Shown: positions 57,105 through 64,000 of the stretch, piece after piece
How positions within the stretch are numbered: the first letter of the stretch is position 1
How the letters are laid out: each line of letters opens with the position of its first letter
Virus record (IMG/VR): IMGVR_UViG_3300026479_000008
From: an uncultured virus (IMG/VR IMGVR_UViG_3300026479_000008)
Taxonomy: Duplodnaviria > Heunggongvirae > Uroviricota > Caudoviricetes
DNA: 64,000 nucleotides
Strand: one strand, 5' to 3'
Translations under genes and position numbers: made by a program
Notes under the pieces: model-generated
Told to the model about the DNA's origin: nothing
The model's input: only the letters and a program-made list of their open reading frames with translations
The model's database searches: none

Positions 57105-60100
57105 TTATGCAATTATTTTAGAATGGACCCTCAAATTATATCGATACCCTGGTTTTTTATTATATATTAATCTGAAATTTAAAGGCTTTTCAGCGAAACT
57201 TCTGATTTCAAAATTAGTAAGTTCAAAAAACCCATCAGATGTAATATCTTCTATATTAGTTACGCTTTCCAATTCACTATATTTAGATTGATTTATATCA
57301 TCACTTGGAAGATACCCTGCTATTTCAGTTCCATATACCTTTATTTGATCTATTATAAATCTAGGTATAATGTTTTCTTCAATGTATATTGTTGAATCAT
57401 CTTCCAATGTTGTTTTATCTCCATACGAATATTCAGAAGTAGCGTACCTTGAATAATACGCAGTTATATTTTCTTCTTTTAATTTTCTTACAATAGAATT
57501 AGCGATGTAGAAGTCAATGTGAATTTTTTGAGAATCTTCAAAAATATAAGCACCATCATCTTCTCTTTCATCATATCTAATTACATCTAACGCTTGAAGA
57601 GATCTTACTCTTTTTAAATTGTATGAAGTTATATCATATTCATTTTTAACTTTCATTATTGTAGATGCAAAGAAAGATCTTTCTTCTATAGGGCTTAATG
57701 TTCCATGGACTTCCTTTGATCTATTTGTTCCACCAAAGGACCTTGTATAATAGTCTTTAGCATATTTACTCTTAAATAGGTTTAAATCTTTTTTATCTAT
57801 TGCTATTTCTCCAATTAATGGATATAGGGGTAGTTTATCTGATTCTTGACTTAGTTTAATAACCTTCGGCTGTAATTCATTTACTTTATGAAAGAAAAAG
57901 TTATTGATAATTCCGTAATTTTCATCAACTCCTAAATTAGAATTAAACATACAATTTACTCCTATCAGTCTGTTGTATTTTTTCAACCTGTTCTCTTGCT
58001 CTTCATTAAAAGAATCTAAGGTATTTCTAAATTTATAATTGCCATAGGGAGATGAAAAAGTTACAACATCTTTAAATAAAGGATCATAGCTACCGTTCAT
58101 TCTTTTAAGAGTAGTGTAATATCCACCATCTTCTCTTGCAACCAGATTATAACCTATATTATCATTATTTAATTTAAATGCCTTAGGTTTATCATCATCT
58201 ATTTCTATGTCTAAAATTGAGGTTTTTACAAACTCAACACCGCTTTGTATTTCTAAACAAAACTGACCTGACTCTATATCTCCATTCTCTAGAATAGTAG
58301 TATACGTTATATCTCTATGTGTATTAATTCTATCTGCAAATCCAAATGAAGAAACGTCTTGTAATGCATTATCCCATGCCTTTTTACCACCGTTATAATA
58401 TTTAAGAGGTATAATGTTAGGAATCGTAGTTGGATCGTCATAGGGTACATCTAAATCCTGATAATATTCTCCAGTCTGCTGATTTAATACCCATAGGTAA
58501 GGAAGACCTTTAACTATTATTTGTGAATCGTCTATCACCGAAACAACCTGTAAAGAATAAGTTTCATTTCCACTTTCAAATAATATATATGAATATTGCT
58601 CATCTATTTTAAAAATGTCTTGTGTAAATTTAGGTGTATTTTCGCCAACTGATTGCACCGAAGCTTCCACTATCGTTGTAATTTCAGGATCTTCAGTATT
58701 CCATACTGTTACTGAGCTACCTCCAAACTCTAAGAAACCTCTAATATTACTATCAAGTATTTCTCCTTCATTTAAAAGGTCATTTAAATTATATAACAAA
58801 TATCTGTCTAATTGTGATATATCATTTGTAGGAACTTGTAAATTTATAAGAATGCTAATAGTTTTAAATTTATTATTTCTTACAACCTCTATATCTACTC
58901 CCGTGTTGTTTATTTCGTCGTTAGAAGTATAGTTAAGTATTGTTGCAACTTTAAAATCATTTACATCAGACGAAGATTTAAAAGATATCGGGCTAGTCGA
59001 TAAAAATTCAGTTCTATCTTTATAAATATATCTTAATCCTTTAAAAACTGTAGATGAAAAATTAACAGAATCTCCACCTTGCATTTTAGTGTACATTTTA
59101 AGTGGGGTTGAATTAACCCATTCACCGGGTTCAATTGTCGCTAGACCTGAGCTATCATTTTGATGAGCACCTGTATAGTTTAATATAGTTGAAAAATAAT
59201 CAAAGTCAGTGCTTTTTAAATTTGCGACTAATTCTGAATAAGGCTTTTCGTACCCTTCATAGACATAATCCATAAGTAATGGAATACTGCTAGGTTCTAA
59301 TAAATATGTAGGAATATTATGTATATAGAAGTGTTCCATATTTAGTTTTTCAGCTGATCTTTCTGAAAGTTTAGTAATATCAGCTGATAAATTATTTACA
59401 CCGAATGCTTCATTGGTGTTTAGGATGTATGATAAATTTCTAGAGTTAGTAGAATCTTTTAAATTAAATTTACATATAGTAGGTACGACTCTTGAATTAA
59501 CACTCGTCTCCTTTAATGAGTTCTCCTTTAACCTATCATATTCATTAATGATTTCTGTATCTATAAAATCACTTTCAACTATATCATCTCTAATAATACT
59601 AGATAAAGATTTAAACTTAAATAATTGACTATTACCAGGACCCGGTTTAAATATAAAATCTTCATAGATATCAGCAACGTTAGACTGGTTGAAAAAATAA
59701 TTAGCAGATGCTAAATCCTTCGTGATTATTTTAGTAAAGAACATCGTACCCATTGATGTATAGATTACATCTTTTACCTCTGTCCATTCCTGTTCACCAG
59801 GATTACCTACCGTATCGACCTTTACAAAGTCTCCTTTTTTAATAAATTCACTAACGTCTATATCATGTATTAATATATAAGGATCTGCTCCAGGAAAAGG
59901 TTGGTCATTGGCTTCGAGGACGTAAATGGAAGAAACATTTGCTACTCCAAACGAAGCTTCATCATTCTTATATTGCATGCTCTCTAAAACTAAAAAGTCT
60001 ATTTTAGAATTTGAAGTATCGTAGAAATCAAAATTAAAATCCTTGAAATCATACGCTGAAAACTTTCCAAAGGGAGTATCATAGGTTTCATAACTTGTAA

Positions 60101-61934
60101 TCACATTGTCCATTGAAAAAACCACCGGTTTTTGAAAAATAACTCTAAAGTTTTCTGAATAAGGATCTTTTATTATTTCTATAATCCTAACATAGTTATC
60201 CTTATTAAGTTCTTTAATAAAATACCCTACCTGTAGGTTTCCTATTTCGTTAGGGGATATTAATACACCCTGATTAACAGAACATCCACCAATCATAGTG
60301 TAAATTTCATAGTCTCCTAATTGCAATCCACCCGTAACAGTTCCACCTTCACTTATAAAGTCGTTATACTTATTTGAAAATGCAAGATTTGCGTCGGTTG
60401 AACTTTGCATATCGATAAAGGGGTTCGGATTAGATGAACTAATACCAAATACAGTTGTATTCTTATTCCTTCCCTGTGAGTAGTCATCTATGATCACCCT
60501 GTTCTTTATAGAGCTAGCATTATACGGTATAACTTCTGCATTTCTAATCGCCGCTGCAAGTGCTGCTGCTATTTGAGAAGTATTACCTATTGCAGAATAT
60601 CTATTTTCTTGAAATGTTCCAATTGGAAGAGAAGTGTCTGCGATTAAAACAAAATCACCCAAATTAAAGTTTTCAATACTTATCTCGAGCAAGTCTCCTA
60701 AAAATACTTTATCATTATCAGAAGGCTGGTCTATTATATTTAATTCTATAAAACCATTAAATGGTGTTTTGTTTATTACGGGGGTGTTAAACTCTGTTTG
60801 TTTTTTATTTACAAAAATAGAAGAGTCTCCATTATATGATGTTAGTATTTGGTTTTTTTCTATTCTAGTCTTTCTAAATCTATTTAAAACGTTATGATAT
60901 TTATTATTAATATCTTTTACCCATCCAAGAATCGGCTGGGTGTAATCCTTTATAGATGGTAATTTATCTAATTCGTCAGACGATGAATTGCTTATATCTA
61001 AATTTAAGTGTCCTATTGAATTTACAGAATTGACAACTACAGTTCCTTCTTGATGTTCATCTACGAAAATTCCAAAATATCTATAAACATTATAGTCGTC
61101 GGCTTCATTATCGTCAAATAAAAATTCTAAATTAATTATATTGTGAGAAACAATTCCGTTTCTTTCAAAGCTAGTTGTTAATGTATTATTAGCTAAAATT
61201 TCGGGAAGGTCTTCTTTAACGTAATCATCATCTATATAATCTGACTTTTCAACAAAGCCACCTAACATTACGTCTATTCCGTTAAAGGAAGTAGGATCAT
61301 CCAGTTCAAAATTAAAATCAATATGCGACTTAGGAATTAAGGGATTAGATACGTGACTATTTAGATATCTCCCTAGCTTAGAGTTATTAGTCATATCATA
61401 CGATTTTATTAAAGTCGCATTAGATAACATTTCTTGAATTCTAGAATTTTGACTAGGATCATCTTCTAAAGATTTTTCTTTAAAATCTACATCTTTAATT
61501 CTATAAATTATAAATTTTTCAGGAACACTTTCTTCTAACCATATTGGAGCAAATATTCTATATTGCTCGTCATAGGCCTTTGTATAATTGAATGAAGCTC
61601 CGTAATTATATAGGTTTTCATATTGTGTAGAATAGTCTTTAGAAACACTTAGATCTGTAAATTCCCTACCGACCTGATATCTTTCATCTTTACTTAATCT
61701 TCCGTAAAACTGAGCAACGTCCCTACAATATTCACCTGAACTAGAAATAGGATATTTCTGATATTCATACTGCGATAGAGTTCTATTTGCCTTGATTGAG
61801 CTTAAATAGATATCTCCCTCTTCGTCAGTAATTAATTTGACATTAGAAGTTAACTTGGGGTTAGTTCTTAATAGGGCAAAGGACTTATCCTTATACGAAA
61901 TACCTTCTGCTTGTGTGTTAATCGTTATCGCCAT
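57105..61934 (-). CDS. Large putative baseplate/virion structural protein
   Basis: 1609-aa ORF in the tail cluster; GATATATA at 61963-61970. Confidence 0.55.
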   Translation of the reverse strand: MAITINTQAEGISYKDKSFALLRTNPKLTSNVKLITDEEGDIYLSSIKANRTLSQYEYQKYPISSSGEYCRDVAQFYGRLSKDERYQVGREFTDLSVSKDYSTQYENLYNYGASFNYTKAYDEQYRIFAPIWLEESVPEKFIIYRIKDVDFKEKSLEDDPSQNSRIQEMLSNATLIKSYDMTNNSKLGRYLNSHVSNPLIPKSHIDFNFELDDPTSFNGIDVMLGGFVEKSDYIDDDYVKEDLPEILANNTLTTSFERNGIVSHNIINLEFLFDDNEADDYNVYRYFGIFVDEHQEGTVVVNSVNSIGHLNLDISNSSSDELDKLPSIKDYTQPILGWVKDINNKYHNVLNRFRKTRIEKNQILTSYNGDSSIFVNKKQTEFNTPVINKTPFNGFIELNIIDQPSDNDKVFLGDLLEISIENFNLGDFVLIADTSLPIGTFQENRYSAIGNTSQIAAALAAAIRNAEVIPYNASSIKNRVIIDDYSQGRNKNTTVFGISSSNPNPFIDMQSSTDANLAFSNKYNDFISEGGTVTGGLQLGDYEIYTMIGGCSVNQGVLISPNEIGNLQVGYFIKELNKDNYVRIIEIIKDPYSENFRVIFQKPVVFSMDNVITSYETYDTPFGKFSAYDFKDFNFDFYDTSNSKIDFLVLESMQYKNDEASFGVANVSSIYVLEANDQPFPGADPYILIHDIDVSEFIKKGDFVKVDTVGNPGEQEWTEVKDVIYTSMGTMFFTKIITKDLASANYFFNQSNVADIYEDFIFKPGPGNSQLFKFKSLSSIIRDDIVESDFIDTEIINEYDRLKENSLKETSVNSRVVPTICKFNLKDSTNSRNLSYILNTNEAFGVNNLSADITKLSERSAEKLNMEHFYIHNIPTYLLEPSSIPLLMDYVYEGYEKPYSELVANLKSTDFDYFSTILNYTGAHQNDSSGLATIEPGEWVNSTPLKMYTKMQGGDSVNFSSTVFKGLRYIYKDRTEFLSTSPISFKSSSDVNDFKVATILNYTSNDEINNTGVDIEVVRNNKFKTISILINLQVPTNDISQLDRYLLYNLNDLLNEGEILDSNIRGFLEFGGSSVTVWNTEDPEITTIVEASVQSVGENTPKFTQDIFKIDEQYSYILFESGNETYSLQVVSVIDDSQIIVKGLPYLWVLNQQTGEYYQDLDVPYDDPTTIPNIIPLKYYNGGKKAWDNALQDVSSFGFADRINTHRDITYTTILENGDIESGQFCLEIQSGVEFVKTSILDIEIDDDKPKAFKLNNDNIGYNLVAREDGGYYTTLKRMNGSYDPLFKDVVTFSSPYGNYKFRNTLDSFNEEQENRLKKYNRLIGVNCMFNSNLGVDENYGIINNFFFHKVNELQPKVIKLSQESDKLPLYPLIGEIAIDKKDLNLFKSKYAKDYYTRSFGGTNRSKEVHGTLSPIEERSFFASTIMKVKNEYDITSYNLKRVRSLQALDVIRYDEREDDGAYIFEDSQKIHIDFYIANSIVRKLKEENITAYYSRYATSEYSYGDKTTLEDDSTIYIEENIIPRFIIDQIKVYGTEIAGYLPSDDINQSKYSELESVTNIEDITSDGFFELTNFEIRSFAEKPLNFRLIYNKKPGYRYNLRVHSKIIA

Positions 61935-61991
61935 TTATAAATAGACTCTATTTTTGTTAGAGTATATATCTTGCTTAGTTACAGCGAGATA

Positions 61992-64000
61992 TTACCTATA
62001 TGGACGAGCATCGAAATCGTATAATCTAGATGAACTAAAATCATTATATCCACTGAAGAATCTTCTTCTATTCCACCACCAGTTTCCGGAACCAAGGGAG
62101 TTTCTATAATTACTCAGCATCACTTTGTTGATACTATTTTTATTTGTTCCAACTGCTCTATATTTAGCGTAAACTTCTACATCGAAGCTAAATTCAGTTT
62201 TATAAGAATCTATGATGTCTAGCCCTATTTTCTTTGAATATGTTAAATTGGTAAATGCATTTCCATATATTCCAGCAACTCTACCTTTACCGGTTTCACT
62301 CTCTCCAAAATAATCTGTCATTCTATATTGGAATACCATATCAACTGACACTGCATTTTGACTTCCACCTTCAATTAATTTTTTACCATACTTGTTAGGT
62401 CCATCTACCGATAGACTAGTTTGGTTTATAGGTGAAAGGTATAAGAAAGAACCACATGAAAGACCACCTAATAAAAATTGATCATCTTCCGTAAATGAGT
62501 TTTTTAAAGACTTTTTACCAATTACATTACCTTGTTCATCTATTGGTCCAGATTCACCGTCACTTCTAAATGTAATTGTCAGCGGTTGATATGCTGTTTG
62601 AATTTTTCCATTCTTATCGTTAGATCTTTTAATAGCATATTTCGGCATCGATACAATTCCCGTTGAAACTATATCCTTTGTATTTAAACCTATGTCAGAC
62701 TGAAGTAGCGGGTGTGATTTATGAAGAAAAAGACCTGAATCATACTTAGCAGCCGTTATTTGAGAAACAGAAACTGTATCAGCTGAGTTCGGAAGAATAG
62801 CTTCAGGAACGTTCGGATCAGATTGGAATCCGTTTTCATCTTCATTCTGCACACCCTGTCCATTATTATTCCATGTTCCATTCCATATAAAATCACCAGC
62901 TCCGTTTAAATTACTAGGTAAATCTTGATGTGGTTGTATTTTAAAGTCTGTAAAATCTCTTAAATGAGTTCTATCAGAAATTGATCCAATTCCAGAATTC
63001 GTGACTGTTGCAAATGTTAATCCATATTCTGCGCTACTTACTCCTGTTAAGTTTGAATCCCTAGACAAGTCAGTATCAGGATCTATAATCGAATAAAGAT
63101 CAGCGTTATTAGCTATATTTCTAAATCTAGAATAAATAAACTGTCCATTTAATTGAGATGATTGGTCTGGCGCAACAGAAAAATGATTGTATGAATTTCC
63201 ATCACCTGTAAGATTTTGATAAACAACAGGGACTAAATCATACTGAGCCTCTGTCATATAATATGTATCATTTGCTATTTTAACATCAGGTGTTGTAGTT
63301 CCAGTTGGTTGTTTATTACCAGTTTCTAAATTAATAATACCTAGGCCATATTCTTGTTGTGATGAAGAAACATAAGCAGGTTGTTTAAGATTTCCATTAA
63401 TTCTTGCACATAATTCTAGATCAGATGCCTTAGTATTATGAAGTTCTACTCTATAATTTTTAGTAACAATATATCCTTTAGTTTCATCATCTGGTTTTTC
63501 ATCTACATAATATCCTGCGAATATTTTAGCAGTTGAATTATTTTTAACTAGCGTTACTTCACCTTCTTCGTCAATAATTTTAATTTGTAATTCTCCAACG
63601 GCACCTTCAACCTTAGCTTGTAGTCTTTCTAATTGATTCTGTAATTCCAATAATTTATCATATACGCTAATAGGATTCTGTTCTCCTGTTAAAAAACCAG
63701 ATGCTAGTGATTCTGCGGCATGGGCATAATAAGTATCTCCTGCCGTAAATCCACTATCAAGGTGTGTAAATAATCCTTGTGATTCTAAATCATCATTTAT
63801 TTCAACCTTAACATTATCTAAATCATTTTGGTTTACTAGGCTATTTGCTCCGTCTGTAGATATTTCTCCTTCAGGAAAAGGAATAGTAATAATATCTGAC
63901 CATTCTGACTCTACTGGGGTTTGTGGGAAACCTGCTTCAGAAACAGATTTAATCATCATTTCTATTTTTTCACCAGGCTGAATAGATAAATCTATTGAGT
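61992..64000 (-). CDS. Large putative virion structural protein, 5'-truncated by the window edge
   Basis: The frame stays open upstream of the track's ATG at 63959 (SIDLSIQPGEKIE-MMIKSVSEAGFP). Confidence 0.6.
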   Translation of the reverse strand, partial: SIDLSIQPGEKIEMMIKSVSEAGFPQTPVESEWSDIITIPFPEGEISTDGANSLVNQNDLDNVKVEINDDLESQGLFTHLDSGFTAGDTYYAHAAESLASGFLTGEQNPISVYDKLLELQNQLERLQAKVEGAVGELQIKIIDEEGEVTLVKNNSTAKIFAGYYVDEKPDDETKGYIVTKNYRVELHNTKASDLELCARINGNLKQPAYVSSSQQEYGLGIINLETGNKQPTGTTTPDVKIANDTYYMTEAQYDLVPVVYQNLTGDGNSYNHFSVAPDQSSQLNGQFIYSRFRNIANNADLYSIIDPDTDLSRDSNLTGVSSAEYGLTFATVTNSGIGSISDRTHLRDFTDFKIQPHQDLPSNLNGAGDFIWNGTWNNNGQGVQNEDENGFQSDPNVPEAILPNSADTVSVSQITAAKYDSGLFLHKSHPLLQSDIGLNTKDIVSTGIVSMPKYAIKRSNDKNGKIQTAYQPLTITFRSDGESGPIDEQGNVIGKKSLKNSFTEDDQFLLGGLSCGSFLYLSPINQTSLSVDGPNKYGKKLIEGGSQNAVSVDMVFQYRMTDYFGESETGKGRVAGIYGNAFTNLTYSKKIGLDIIDSYKTEFSFDVEVYAKYRAVGTNKNSINKVMLSNYRNSLGSGNWWWNRRRFFSGYNDFSSSRLYDFDARPYR

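Noticed and set aside
159..60897. Plus-strand ORFs in the track (e.g. 159-365, 2324-2629, 32721-33323, 43156-43551)
   Set aside because: All lie antisense to long minus-strand genes and have the S/L/F/I-rich composition of shadow frames.
1..64000. Stop-codon reassignment as in some large phages
   Set aside because: Conserved genes are full length in code 11, and TAA, TAG and TGA all occur as real stops.

Overview
The window is 64 kb of an AT-rich, T4-like (myovirus-type) large phage genome. Every credible gene is on the minus strand in the standard code. A-rich start contexts without Shine-Dalgarno motifs suggest a Bacteroidota host (inference). Left to right it holds: a head module (gp21 protease fused to an acidic scaffold-like region, portal gp20, gp2, gp4, late sigma gp55, gp15); a replication/recombination block (gp46/47, gp41, UvsX, a PolB split into two genes with clamp-like and nrdAB genes between them); a nucleotide/sugar-modification cluster (dUTPase/dCTPase-like, T4 alpha-glucosyltransferase-like, RmlB, cytidylyltransferase, MgsA); a ~13 kb block of unknown acidic proteins; UvsW/UvsY/primase/gp32/RuvC-like genes; and tail/baseplate genes, including a fibre ending in a Hint domain. 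The main observation is the 27.5-40.9 kb block plus a few scattered genes. These proteins carry T4 capsid-targeting-like peptides (K-x-F-x-x-F/Y-hydrophobic-x-E) and are built from unrelated small modules joined by repeated E-S-x-[VILM]-x-E linkers that match gp21 cleavage specificity. They look like head-packaged polyproteins that the prohead protease cuts into many injected effectors. Two promoter motifs are readable directly: GATATATA (late) and AAAC-N16-GTA[TG]AA (pre-replicative). All family assignments come from motif recognition, not database searches.
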